Origin: Pyrinomonadaceae bacterium
Lineage (GTDB): Bacteria; Acidobacteriota; Blastocatellia; Pyrinomonadales; Pyrinomonadaceae
Assembly (NCBI GenBank): GCA_046313635.1
Contig: JBKBYA010000002.1
Coordinates: forward strand, 497,904 to 561,903
DNA length: 64,000 nucleotides
Reading direction: 5' to 3'
In this document: piece by piece, positions 31,770 to 40,927 of the stretch
Layout of the letters: each line of letters starts with the position of its first letter
Numbering within the stretch: the stretch's first letter is position 1
Notes under the pieces: model-generated
Database searches by the model: none
The model's input: the letters and a program-made list of their open reading frames with translations, nothing else
Told to the model about the DNA's origin: nothing
Translations under genes and position numbers: made by a program

Positions 31770-33389
31770 TTAACTCAACGGCACTAGTTGCGGGGCTTTG
31801 ACCCAGATGTGTTCGCCGAAATACAACCCAATTAAGATCATCAACCCGACGGCCACGGCGGTGGGGCCGGAGACTGTGAACAAGATCATTATCGCGAGCG
31901 GCAGGATGCTGCCGATGAGGATCGTGCCGAGCCAGAACGGCAGCGCGAAGCGGCCGCGGGTGATCATTTTGGCGACGGTTGCGGCGTCGCTCGTTGCGTG
32001 CGTGGTCGTGAGCTCGAGGGCGATTGTGAGCAGGTTGAGGATGATAAAAGCCGCGGTGAGCGACTTCGTGGGGCCCATCCACGCTTTGTTCCAGTCGAAC
32101 CACACGTCCGAGATCATGATCGCCGCACCGCCGGCGATGAGCGAATGCAGGACCATGTGGATCGAGAGCATCGGCGATTGCCAGAAGTCACGCCCCTTGG
32201 CCTGAGCGAAAAGGAATGCCGTATAAACGGCCGTCATCAGCGCAGGCGCGAGACCGAGCCATTCGATCAGGTTCAGCCAGTGGAACTGCTTAGAGAAGAC
32301 CGCGGCCCACCACGCGGTGAGCACGAGCCCGTACGCGGTAATGATGTAGCTCCCGCGGGTCAGCCACGAACGCCACTGCGGCCGCAGCAAAGTGTAAATA
32401 AATCTCTCGGGCCGCCCGAGGTCCTTGATCAAAAGCGCTCCGGTGACCGCCAGGAATAAAAGCGCGAGTCCGTTGCCGACCATTTTTAGCAGGATCGGCA
32501 CCTCTGCAGGCGACAGGAGAAAATTTACGAATAGGAACGCTCCGGCGGCGATCGCCTTTGTCCAGACGTATGCCGAGACCTCCCAGCCCCAGAGCACGCC
32601 TTTGTTCGGGGCGTCGTAAACGCGGCGGAACGCGGACGCCCCCGTCCGCAACGCCGCCTCGCGGCGGAGGTCGTTGCCATGCAACTGGGTCGTGCTGGGG
32701 GAAGGTGTTCGGGCGTCGCCCTCATTGCGGACGAGGGTGTCCGCGTTCCGTGAGGCGTCCGCGTTCCAATGATGTCCGACTCCGCTCGACTGACTCGACC
32801 ACATGTATTCGGTGTCGGGATGAGCGGCGGTCGGGTCGAGCGAGGCCTTGTCGCCGTCGATATAAAACAACTTGGGCTGGGTTCCCTTTTCGGGTTTGCG
32901 GACGGAGACGGTCTCGCGGGCCAGCAATTGAGAAATTTCAGACGACGGATCGTCCATATCGCCCGAGATGATCGCGTGCTCGGGGCAGACGTTGACGCAC
33001 GCCGGTTCGAGGCCGATATCGACGCGGTGCGTGCAGTAGTTGCACTTGGCCGACGTGTGATCGTCGGGGTGCATATAGATCGCGTCGTACGGGCAGGCCT
33101 GCGTGCACGCTTTGCAGCCGATGCAGCGGCGGTCGTCAAAATCGACGATCCCGTCCTTGCGTGTGAAGAGCGCCGTCACCGGGCAGATCTCGACGCACGG
33201 AGCGTCGGCGCAGTGGTTGCACCGCATCACCGAAAACAGCCGCCGCGTGTCGGGGAACGTGCCCTTCTCGATGTACTTGACCCACGTGCGATTGACGCCG
33301 ACCGGCACGTCGTTCTCGGATTTGCAGGCGACGGTGCACGCGTGGCAGCCGATACACTTTCGGTTATCAATGACGAATCCAAAGTTCAT
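31770..33389 (-). CDS. NrfC/DmsB-type 4x[4Fe-4S] domain fused to NrfD/PsrC membrane anchor
   Basis: CIGCHACTVAC, CNHCADAPCVEICP, CIGCKACTQACP, CNYC...CVNVCP; WGWEVSAY, DLGRPERF, SWLTRGS. Confidence 0.9.
   Translation of the reverse strand: MNFGFVIDNRKCIGCHACTVACKSENDVPVGVNRTWVKYIEKGTFPDTRRLFSVMRCNHCADAPCVEICPVTALFTRKDGIVDFDDRRCIGCKACTQACPYDAIYMHPDDHTSAKCNYCTHRVDIGLEPACVNVCPEHAIISGDMDDPSSEISQLLARETVSVRKPEKGTQPKLFYIDGDKASLDPTAAHPDTEYMWSSQSSGVGHHWNADASRNADTLVRNEGDARTPSPSTTQLHGNDLRREAALRTGASAFRRVYDAPNKGVLWGWEVSAYVWTKAIAAGAFLFVNFLLSPAEVPILLKMVGNGLALLFLAVTGALLIKDLGRPERFIYTLLRPQWRSWLTRGSYIITAYGLVLTAWWAAVFSKQFHWLNLIEWLGLAPALMTAVYTAFLFAQAKGRDFWQSPMLSIHMVLHSLIAGGAAIMISDVWFDWNKAWMGPTKSLTAAFIILNLLTIALELTTTHATSDAATVAKMITRGRFALPFWLGTILIGSILPLAIMILFTVSGPTAVAVGLMILIGLYFGEHIWVKAPQLVPLS
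32627..32767. repeat. REP doublet (family A) plus partial third arm, in frame in the NrfC-NrfD linker
   Basis: GGAACGCGGACGCCCCCGTCCGCA (32627-32650), TGCGGACGAGGGTGTCCGCGTTCC (32726-32749), GGCGTCCGCGTTCC (32754-32767). Confidence 0.9.
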
Positions 33390-33472
33390 CTGCGCGTTGT
33401 GTCCGGGCCTCTAAAATTGCTGCGAGTTTACATTAAGCGGTCGCGTCATGGCGAGCGCCGCACGTCGCGACG

Positions 33473-34525
33473 TCAGCGGAGCGCGGCGTTGAGCTTTGCC
33501 AGAGCGGCGGAGCCCGGGCACAGCTCGCGCTCGGTGAGCGAATTCAGCGGCCGGTCGGCCGTGTTGAGCACGTTGTGAAGGTCGGCGGCCTCAGGGTGCA
33601 TATAGAGCAGGCCGGTCAGGATCTCGCCCTTTTGCTTCGATCTCTGCACGGCCGTCATCGCCGAGAGGCGGTCGAGCGGGTTCCAATCCTTTTCGAGCTT
33701 GTGCAGTCGAATGACCGAGCCGTCATGCATCGTCAGGTCCTCGACGCTGCCGGCCTCGTACGTCGCGGTGATCTCCCGCATTATCGGGATGAAATCGACC
33801 GTCGACGTCGCCTCGACGTGCTCGCGGACGTAGTCGTAGGATTTGGTCGAGCCGGTGTTGTTGTTGAATGTGACGCACGGGCTGATGACGTTGATAAAGG
33901 CAAAGCCCTCATGCTTCATCGCCGCCTTGAGCAGCGGCACGAGCTGCTGCTTGTCGCCCGAAAAGCTCTGCGCGACAAACGTCGCCCCGAGCTCGATCGC
34001 GAGGCTTGCGAGGTCGATCGCCTCAAAGAGGTTTACGTGGCCGGACTTGTTCTTTGAACCGGCGTCGGCGGTCGCCGAGTCCTGGCCTTTGGTCAGCCCG
34101 TAGCAGCCGTTATTCATCACGAGATACACCATCCGCAGATTGCGGCGAATGACGTGGACGAACTGCCCCATCCCTATCGACGCCGTGTCGCCGTCGCCCG
34201 AGACGCCGAAGTAGATGAGATCGCGATTCGCAAGATTGGCTCCCGTCGCGACCGAAGGCATGCGGCCGTGGACCGAGTTAAAGCCGTGCGAGTTGCTGAG
34301 AAAGTACGCCGGCGATTTCGACGAGCAGCCGATGCCGGAGAGTTTCGCGACCTTGTGAGGCTCGATATTCATCTCCCAGCACGCCTGCACGATCGCCGCG
34401 TTGATCGAGTCGTGCCCGCAGCCGGCGCAGAGCGTGGAGAGCGAACCCTCGTAATAATCGACCGTGTAGCCCAGATCGTTCTTAGGCAGTGCCGGGTGGC
34501 GAAATTTGGAGCGGACGTAGGTCAT
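33473..34525 (-). CDS. korB: 2-oxoacid:ferredoxin oxidoreductase beta subunit
   Basis: LCAGCGH, GIGCSSK, HGR, SGDGD, NNGCYGLTKGQ, SPCVTFN. Confidence 0.92.
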   Translation of the reverse strand: MTYVRSKFRHPALPKNDLGYTVDYYEGSLSTLCAGCGHDSINAAIVQACWEMNIEPHKVAKLSGIGCSSKSPAYFLSNSHGFNSVHGRMPSVATGANLANRDLIYFGVSGDGDTASIGMGQFVHVIRRNLRMVYLVMNNGCYGLTKGQDSATADAGSKNKSGHVNLFEAIDLASLAIELGATFVAQSFSGDKQQLVPLLKAAMKHEGFAFINVISPCVTFNNNTGSTKSYDYVREHVEATSTVDFIPIMREITATYEAGSVEDLTMHDGSVIRLHKLEKDWNPLDRLSAMTAVQRSKQKGEILTGLLYMHPEAADLHNVLNTADRPLNSLTERELCPGSAALAKLNAALR

Positions 34526-34528
34526 AGG

Positions 34529-34873
34529 TCAAGCGAAGCGAACTCTTGTTTCCGTTACGGTCACAAATCGGCCGGGCAATCGGTCGGAATAATTACGCAG
34601 TAATCGACTCAAGACTTCGATCTTGTTGGGCGAGCGTTCGTCTGTGACCCGGATCAGGATCACCCCGTGGTGAGCGCGCCTTTCGCGAAAGATCATTTCG
34701 CCGAAGTCCTTATCGTTAGTTATCAAAATTCAGCGTTCAGTCGACGCCTTTGTCAGAATCTCTCCGTCAGTCGCGCCTTTTGCCTCGTCAAAAACAGAAA
34801 AAACTTCGTGTCCATTTTGGCGAAGCCAGCGCGCAACGCTCGGACCCGTCGATTCGTCTACGAGGAAGCGCAC
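34529..34873 (-). pseudogene. DUF5615 PIN-like toxin with in-frame TGA
   Basis: GTG-RFLVDESTG...DGEILTKASTER*ILITNDKDFGE; TGA at 34730-34732. Confidence 0.8.
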
Positions 34874-34876
34874 TGC

Positions 34877-35125
34877 TTACGCTCTCTCCACGTCGAGCGG
34901 CATAAAATCGGTCCGCCTCAGCGATTCACCGGCGAATAGCAGGCAGGCCTGTATGTCCTCGATCTCGAGACCTTGATACTCGTCGAGTATCTCAGCCTCC
35001 GTCGCACCATGGGCCAACAACCCAAGAATGAATTCGACCGCAAGACGAGTACCCTTAATGACAGGCTTTCCGGTCAGCACGTTCGGATCGAGGGTTATGC
35101 GTTCGAGCAGCGCCTGATCATTCAT
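34877..35125 (-). CDS. DUF433 antitoxin
   Basis: RITLDPNVLTGKPVIKGTRLAVEFIL...EYQGLEIEDIQACLLFA; TATAAT 6 nt before ATG suggests a leaderless mRNA. Confidence 0.9.
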   Translation of the reverse strand: MNDQALLERITLDPNVLTGKPVIKGTRLAVEFILGLLAHGATEAEILDEYQGLEIEDIQACLLFAGESLRRTDFMPLDVERA

Positions 35126-35148
35126 GCGAGGATTATACAACGAATAAG

Positions 35149-35276
35149 GCCGCGTTGATCGAGCGGCCGCAGCCGGCGGAGAGGGTGGAGAGCGAATGCT
35201 CGTAATAATCGACCGTGTAGCCCAGATCGTTCTTAGGGAGTGCCGGGTGGCGAAATTTGGAGCGGACGTAGGTCAT
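35149..35276 (-). pseudogene. Dead duplicate of the korB 5' end
   Basis: 128 bp nearly identical to 34395-34525; reads MTYVRSKFRHPALPKNDLGYTVDYYEHSLSTLSAGCGRSINAA. Confidence 0.95.
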
Positions 35277-35278
35277 CG

Positions 35279-35464
35279 TTACGGTTTCGGTATTCCAAGG
35301 TCCTTACAGATCTTGATGATCAAGTTGTCATTAATTTCGGAATGCCTCGGCACAGCCGAGCGGCGAGCCTGTTTTGGATTATGCCACCACGAATGACTGC
35401 CGCCTTCGCGCAGCAACTCACACCCATGTTCCTGCAGATGCCTGATGAATGCACGTCGTTTCAC
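35279..35464 (-). CDS. hicA: HicA family toxin
   Basis: LREGGSHSWWHNP...VPRH...KICKDLGI. Confidence 0.9.
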   Translation of the reverse strand: MKRRAFIRHLQEHGCELLREGGSHSWWHNPKQARRSAVPRHSEINDNLIIKICKDLGIPKP

Positions 35465-35673
35465 GCGGCGATGAGAGCTTCTTCAAAACCGGAACCGGCC
35501 ATGCGGCGTGCGTCTTCGCGGTTGAACTCCAATGCTTCATGTAACGTCACACGAAGGCTCTCTATCAACTCTTCTCGCGTCGCCTCCTGACAGTTGACGC
35601 CCGGCACTTCCGCGATCCAGCCGATCCACCAATCGCCGTCCTGTTTAACCACTGCGGTGTAGTTGTTCTTCAT
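35461..35673 (-). CDS. hicB: HicB family antitoxin (short, no DNA-binding domain)
   Basis: YTAVVKQDGDWWIGWIAEVPGVNCQEATREELIESL. Confidence 0.9.
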   Translation of the reverse strand: MKNNYTAVVKQDGDWWIGWIAEVPGVNCQEATREELIESLRVTLHEALEFNREDARRMAGSGFEEALIAA

Positions 35674-35766
35674 TCTGAAGCTATCTTATCACGCCACTCA
35701 AATCCGAATTGCGATATCGACTGCCCATCTCGATGACAGTTATGTCATTGACGATCTCACGGTCCA

Positions 35767-37761
35767 TTACACGCGATCCTTGATCTGCCTGTAGATGTTG
35801 TCTGCCGTGATCGGCGTACCGTCGTAGTTGAGAACGGAGATCAGCTTTGCCGGGTCCGCGCCGAACTCGATCATCATCAGGCTGCGGAACTGCGCGTCGC
35901 GGTTCTGCTCGATGACAAAGACCCGCTCGTGCGTCTCGACAAACTCGACGAACGCTTGACCGAACGGAAATGCCCGCGGCCGCATCGCGTCGAGCACGAT
36001 GCCCTTTTCGGCGAGCATGTCCATCGCCTCCTCGGCGGCGTAGGTCGAGGTGCCGAAAAAGATCATTCCGTACGGCGAGCGATTCGCCGCCTGGAAAAAT
36101 TCGGGCTGCGGCACGAGCCGCTTGGCCGTTTCCCACTTGCGTGCGAGCCGGTCGACGTTTCGCTGGTAAGCTTCGCCGTCCTCGGTGTAAACGGCGTACT
36201 CGTCGCGTGACGAGCCGCGCGTCACAAATGCGCCTCGCGTCGAGTGCGTGCCGGGAATAGTGCGGTACGGTATGCCGTCGCCGTCGATGTCGACGTATCG
36301 GCCGAACTTCCCTTTGAACTGCTCGAGCGGCTGCGTTACGTTCTGATCGCCGTGCGGCTGGGCGTCGGCCTCGCTCAATATCGCGTCGGCTGTATCGAAC
36401 GTGTCTTCTCGCGCGGCGTCTTCAAGATTTGCGCGCAAGCCGTTGCCGTTTGTTACGGCCGACGAAGCGTCGCCCGCTGCGGACAAGAGCGTCCGCGCCC
36501 CGGCGTAGATCTGGTCGAGCTGCTCGGATGTCAAAACCTTGCCGCGGTCGTACCGGCGCGAGTCGTCCCAGACGAGCGGGTCGGTGACGTGATCGTTCAT
36601 CCCGAGATCGAGATCGGTCATCACGATGACGGGCGTCTGCAGCCGCTCGGTCAGGTCAAATGCATCGACGGTCATTTCAAACGCTTCTTTCGGCGTCGAC
36701 GGGAAGAGCAAGGGATGCTTTGTATCGCCGTGCGAAGCGTACGCCGCGAGCAGAATGTCGGACTGCTGAGTCCGCGTCGGCATCCCGGTCGAAGGGCCGG
36801 TGCGCTGCACGTCGATCAAAACCGTCGGTACCTCGGCAAAATAGCCGAGACCGAGAAACTCGTTCATCAGCGACAGGCCCGGCCCGCTCGTCGCGGTGAA
36901 TGCGCGGGCGCCGTTCCAGCAGGCGCCCATCACCATGCCGATCGCGGCGAGCTCGTCCTCGGCCTGGACGATCGCAAAATTGTTCTTGCCCGTCTCGGCG
37001 TCGACGCGGTACTTCGCGCAGTACTTTGCAAAGGCGTCGACGACGGACGTCGAAGGCGTGATCGGGTACCACGCCGCGACGGTCGCACCCGCATAAACGG
37101 CGCCGAGCGCGCAGGCGGAGTTGCCGCTGTACAGAATCTTGTCGCCAAGCAGATCTCGCCGCTCGACGCGCAAATTGAAGGGGCAATCAAAGTTGTCACG
37201 CGCGTACTCGACGCCGAGATTCAGGGCCTTAATATTCGGCTCGATGAGCTTTTCCTTTCCCTTGAACTGGTCGCCGATCAAACCCTCGAGCACCGCAAAG
37301 TCGATATCGAACAGCGTGGACAGCGCGCCGATATAGACGATGTTCTTAAAGAGCTGCCGCTGCCGCGCGTCGGTGTACTCGGCGTTGCAGATCGCCGTCA
37401 TCGGGATCGGAATGTGGGTAATGTCGGTGCGGTCGTAGTCGGGAGCGAGCGGCTTGGTGCTGTCGTAGACGAAGTATCCGCCCGGCAGCACGTCGGCGTA
37501 ATCCTTTTTCATCGACTGCGGGTTGACCGCGACCATCAGGTCGATGCCGGCACGGCGGCCGAGATATCCCTTTTCGCTGACGCGCACCTCGTACCATGTC
37601 GGCAGGCCCTGGATGTTCGAGGGGAAAATATTCTTCGGCGTCACGGGCACGCCCATTCTAAAGACGGCCTTGGTAAACAATGCGTTCGCCGACGCCGAAC
37701 CCGTGCCGTTGACGTTGGCAAAGCGGACTACAAAATCGTTGATCTTGGTTTCAGTGCTCAT
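35767..37761 (-). CDS. korA: 2-oxoacid:ferredoxin oxidoreductase alpha subunit
   Basis: ANVNGTGSASAN, YPITPST, QAEDELAA, TATSGPG, QRTGPSTGMPTR; apparent ~60 aa insertion near 36320-36501. Confidence 0.92.
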   Translation of the reverse strand: MSTETKINDFVVRFANVNGTGSASANALFTKAVFRMGVPVTPKNIFPSNIQGLPTWYEVRVSEKGYLGRRAGIDLMVAVNPQSMKKDYADVLPGGYFVYDSTKPLAPDYDRTDITHIPIPMTAICNAEYTDARQRQLFKNIVYIGALSTLFDIDFAVLEGLIGDQFKGKEKLIEPNIKALNLGVEYARDNFDCPFNLRVERRDLLGDKILYSGNSACALGAVYAGATVAAWYPITPSTSVVDAFAKYCAKYRVDAETGKNNFAIVQAEDELAAIGMVMGACWNGARAFTATSGPGLSLMNEFLGLGYFAEVPTVLIDVQRTGPSTGMPTRTQQSDILLAAYASHGDTKHPLLFPSTPKEAFEMTVDAFDLTERLQTPVIVMTDLDLGMNDHVTDPLVWDDSRRYDRGKVLTSEQLDQIYAGARTLLSAAGDASSAVTNGNGLRANLEDAAREDTFDTADAILSEADAQPHGDQNVTQPLEQFKGKFGRYVDIDGDGIPYRTIPGTHSTRGAFVTRGSSRDEYAVYTEDGEAYQRNVDRLARKWETAKRLVPQPEFFQAANRSPYGMIFFGTSTYAAEEAMDMLAEKGIVLDAMRPRAFPFGQAFVEFVETHERVFVIEQNRDAQFRSLMMIEFGADPAKLISVLNYDGTPITADNIYRQIKDRV
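36478..36501. repeat. Single family-A REP arm in frame within korA
   Basis: TGCGGACAAGAGCGTCCGCGCCCC, 21/24 to the family consensus. Confidence 0.8.
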
Positions 37762-37859
37762 CGGTTGTGGCTGTGTGCGGTCTCGCTCCACGCATCGAGC
37801 ATAGGCCAGGTCGGGCCGCGATTAAAGTCGGGACGTCCCGGTTGCGGGCAGACGTCATA

Positions 37860-38411
37860 TCAAACGACCAACTTTCCCCGGAACCCCCTCGCTCCATAGT
37901 ACGACTCGGCACCGTTATGATACGTGAAGACGCGGCCGAACCGGCGGTCGCAGAATATCGCCCCGCCCAGTTTGCGGACGTCGTCGGGTGTCTTGACCCA
38001 GCTCGACGTCTTGAGGTCGAATTCGCCAAGTTCCTGCAGCGCTCGATACTCGGCCTCGTCGAGTATCTCGATGCCGATCTCGCGGGCCGTCGTGATCGCG
38101 TCGCTCGCAGGTTTATGTTCTCTTCGCGATTCCCATGCGGCGCGGTCGTAGCACAGGCTGCGGCGGCCTTTGGGCGACTCGGGCGAGCAGTCGACGAAGC
38201 AGATCTCATTGCCGAACCTCACCACGTCGGGCTCGCCGCCCGTTCGTTCCATCTCGGCGAGGACTGCGAGGACCGAGTCATCGAGGCGTTTCTCGATGTC
38301 AGGCCATTCGAGGCCTTTGTGAAGATCGGTATTTTCCTCAAAACGCTCCTTTAGCGTGGTAAGAAGCTCGGCTCCGTGTTCGGGTGACAGCGCGGGTGGC
38401 AGTTTTTTCAT
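37860..38411 (-). CDS. DUF4256 family protein
   Basis: EMERTGGEPDVV, DCSPESPKGRRSLCYD, DLKTSSW, YHNGAESYYGARGFRG. Confidence 0.85.
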   Translation of the reverse strand: MKKLPPALSPEHGAELLTTLKERFEENTDLHKGLEWPDIEKRLDDSVLAVLAEMERTGGEPDVVRFGNEICFVDCSPESPKGRRSLCYDRAAWESRREHKPASDAITTAREIGIEILDEAEYRALQELGEFDLKTSSWVKTPDDVRKLGGAIFCDRRFGRVFTYHNGAESYYGARGFRGKLVV

Positions 38412-38418
38412 TCTTATC

Positions 38419-38677
38419 GACCGCGTAGCGGTCAAATGATCTTAGCCGTGGGTTTCAACCCACGGAACGTCGAGAAATATCGTTGTCGTCGCGTAGCGAC
38501 GATTGAATTACAACGTTCGTTCGATTCATTCGTCGCGACGCGACGAGGTTTTTGTTTTCATCCTAACCGTGGGTTGAAACCCACGGCTAAATTCAAACGT
38601 CGCTACGCGACGACGTTCGATATTCCCTTATCACCGTGGGTTGAAACCCACGGCTAAATTCAAACACCGCTAAGCGG
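38419..38677. repeat. Composite palindromic repeat (REP family B), copy 1
   Basis: Alternating hairpins CCGCGTAGCGG / CCGTGGGTTTCAACCCACGG / CGTCGCGTAGCGACG, then their inverse; right half partly duplicated. Confidence 0.92.
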
Positions 38678-38954
38678 CTGACGGCTGAGGCGTCGTGTTC
38701 TTCGCTTTCTTCCAAACGAACCTCCCGGCGAAGATCGCGACCTGTGCGAGCAGGGCGCAGCCGAAGCCGTTGTTGCCGCCGACGAGTGCATTCAAAGCTA
38801 TCCACGACCCGGCACCTAACACCGCCCAGACTAGCCCGAGGTACATCCAGTAGCCGGTGAGGATCGCGAGCGGAATAAACACCATCTGCGTAAAGCGCTG
38901 GTACTCGGCGGCCTCGGCCACGGGTTGATAGACGTATCCGACCACCGGTATCAC
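38670..38954 (-). CDS. Small hypothetical membrane protein, possibly a fragment
   Basis: Three hydrophobic segments; stop lies inside the REP terminal hairpin; no clear start. Confidence 0.45.
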   Translation of the reverse strand: MIPVVGYVYQPVAEAAEYQRFTQMVFIPLAILTGYWMYLGLVWAVLGAGSWIALNALVGGNNGFGCALLAQVAIFAGRFVWKKAKNTTPQPSAA

Positions 38955-39000
38955 CGAGACAGGTGCACGACGCGAAGGATGATGCGTTTTGTGCTTGGTC

Positions 39001-39561
39001 TCATAGAGGCTCCCTCCGTGTTGGTTCGTAATAAAGGATGATCACACCGGAAGCGAACGGTTTTGTGTTGAGGAGCTCCAGGTCGAGGCGGTCGGTGATG
39101 TTCTTGAACAGCGTCAGGCCTGAACCGATGACCATAGGCTGAATGCCGAGCTGGTATTCGTCGATCAGGCCAAGCTGCGTGAACTGCACGATCATGCTTG
39201 GGCTGCCGACTATAATGTCCCTTTGTTCCCGTCGCTTAAAGTCGAGTATCTCGTCTTTGACGAGTTGCCGTTTGAGTTCGGTATTCTTCCAGTCGACGCT
39301 CGTGAGAGTGCGTGAATAAACGATCTTGGAAAGATCGTCGATTACTTCGACGAAATCATCCGTCACCTTGTTCCCGGTCGGACTCTCGGCGATGGGCCGC
39401 CAGTATTCCATGAGTTGGTAGGCGATCCGGCCCCAAATTGCGACGGCGGAGCTACGCAGCAACTCCGTGTAATGCTCATGCAGCTCGTCGTCCGCGATCC
39501 CCGCCGTGTGGTCGCAGAAGCCGTCGACGGTCATGTTCATTGCGGCGATTATCTTTCCCAT
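39001..39561 (-). CDS. Dihydrofolate reductase / RibD C-terminal family protein
   Basis: MTVDGF, WGRIAYQ, KIVYSRTL, GLIDEY, GSGLTLF. Confidence 0.88.
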   Translation of the reverse strand: MGKIIAAMNMTVDGFCDHTAGIADDELHEHYTELLRSSAVAIWGRIAYQLMEYWRPIAESPTGNKVTDDFVEVIDDLSKIVYSRTLTSVDWKNTELKRQLVKDEILDFKRREQRDIIVGSPSMIVQFTQLGLIDEYQLGIQPMVIGSGLTLFKNITDRLDLELLNTKPFASGVIILYYEPTRREPL

Positions 39562-39633
39562 ATTTAGAAAAACCGGCGTTTGAGTGCTTTGTATATGGTC
39601 TTTGCGCGCTCAAACGTTTGAGGCGGCGTAAGA

Positions 39634-40617
39634 TCATCCAACGTAAAAGACGGCATCGAATAATTCGCTTTTTTTCACCAGCATTTGGCTGCCGCTAAGC
39701 GTTTCTTCATTACTTCTGACATCTACAAAATTAAACCACTCCAGGAAGCGGTCAAAAGTCCGAATACGATAGCAGCTTCTGAAATTGCTCTCGGGCGTGC
39801 TGTAGGAGTCGCCTTGAAATTGTTGCAATGCCATCGGAAATGCGGTCAGAAATTTTTCAGTGTAGAAATCCTTGTGCGTCTCGTTGTCTCCGAATCGAGC
39901 CACTAGATACAAGGAAAATCCAAAGGCCTGGCGACACAGTGAGAAATGTGGATAGAAATCGTTGTAGGCCCAATTAAACTTTCTTGTAAAAGCGTGAAAA
40001 ACAATACGGAAAAGCTCGCTGCGCGCGGCCGGAGCAAGCATCTTTTCGCCCATCTTGGTCAATACGAGTTTTCCGTGAAGCTTTCTGACAAGGCCGGATA
40101 TACGGACAATGGCGTGGAGCGTTCGCATGACACTTGAATCGTCTTCGTAACGGAGTTTGATAAAGCCTTCGTCAATCGGCCATTGTCTTACGAAGTGATG
40201 ATCGTAGAGTTCGACAAGCGTTTTGCGAGGCAGCGCACCGAGTTTCTCGGTCAGCTTGATGCTGCCATCTCGCTTGACGATCTTCAGAAATTCCTCGACA
40301 AGGCGGAAGAATCCGATCTTGTTGAGAACGTCATGACCAATAAGCGGCCTGAACTGGATCGGCGAATTCTTTTCCAGCGGGTAATAAAAAAGGAAGTGCA
40401 TTTCATCCGACGATAAGCCGGCAAACTCATGCCGCGGAGCGCGATTATGACTTTCCACAACCGTTTGAATTTCGGCGTTAAGCTCGTCGAGCGATTCGCC
40501 GCTGAAGTTCTTTGCAAGCTCAGCGACCCTGGCCCTAAATGAGTCCTCACCTGTGAGGCGAGATGCTTTAGTCTTTAGCTGTTCCAGGAATTCTTCATAT
40601 TTCATAATCTCGATCAT
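39634..40617 (-). CDS. Hypothetical protein, lower GC than flanks
   Basis: 327 aa ORF in AT-richer DNA; no catalytic motif recognised. Confidence 0.7.
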   Translation of the reverse strand: MIEIMKYEEFLEQLKTKASRLTGEDSFRARVAELAKNFSGESLDELNAEIQTVVESHNRAPRHEFAGLSSDEMHFLFYYPLEKNSPIQFRPLIGHDVLNKIGFFRLVEEFLKIVKRDGSIKLTEKLGALPRKTLVELYDHHFVRQWPIDEGFIKLRYEDDSSVMRTLHAIVRISGLVRKLHGKLVLTKMGEKMLAPAARSELFRIVFHAFTRKFNWAYNDFYPHFSLCRQAFGFSLYLVARFGDNETHKDFYTEKFLTAFPMALQQFQGDSYSTPESNFRSCYRIRTFDRFLEWFNFVDVRSNEETLSGSQMLVKKSELFDAVFYVG

Positions 40618-40723
40618 GGCGCGGTATTCGATTTTTCGACGCGGATGCCGCAGACGGGGCCGGTGATTAGGTGTTGAGTAGCTCCTATGTTCTCAAATTA
40701 GATGAACTCTCCGAATCAAATTC

Positions 40724-40896
40724 GACCGCGTAGCGGTCTCGTGAATTTAGGAAACGTCGAATACAAACATTGTCGTCGCGTAGCGACGGTTGAATAACGC
40801 CGGCATATGATTCATTCGTCGTTGCGCGACGAAAACGTTATCGCATCGTGTCCGCGGGTTGAAACCCACGGCTAAATTCTTTTGCCGCTACGCGGC
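40724..40896. repeat. REP family B composite, copy 2 (left CCGTGGG hairpin deleted)
   Basis: Same hairpin order as copies 1 and 3; TTTAG joined directly to GAAACGTCGA. Confidence 0.9.
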
Positions 40897-40927
40897 CTCG
40901 GAATCGCGGCAAACGTCAGGCGATGCA

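Noticed and set aside
34730..34732. Selenocysteine recoding of the TGA in the PIN toxin
   Set aside because: Not a catalytic Cys position in a PIN protein, and I saw no convincing SECIS; nonsense mutation is simpler
38419..38677. Possible CRISPR array
   Set aside because: Repeats occur in both orientations, alternate between hairpin types, have conserved rather than unique spacers, and no cas genes are present
38436..38805. Small ORFs 38436-38657, 38593-38805 and 41224-41511
   Set aside because: Translations of the family-B repeats, not genes
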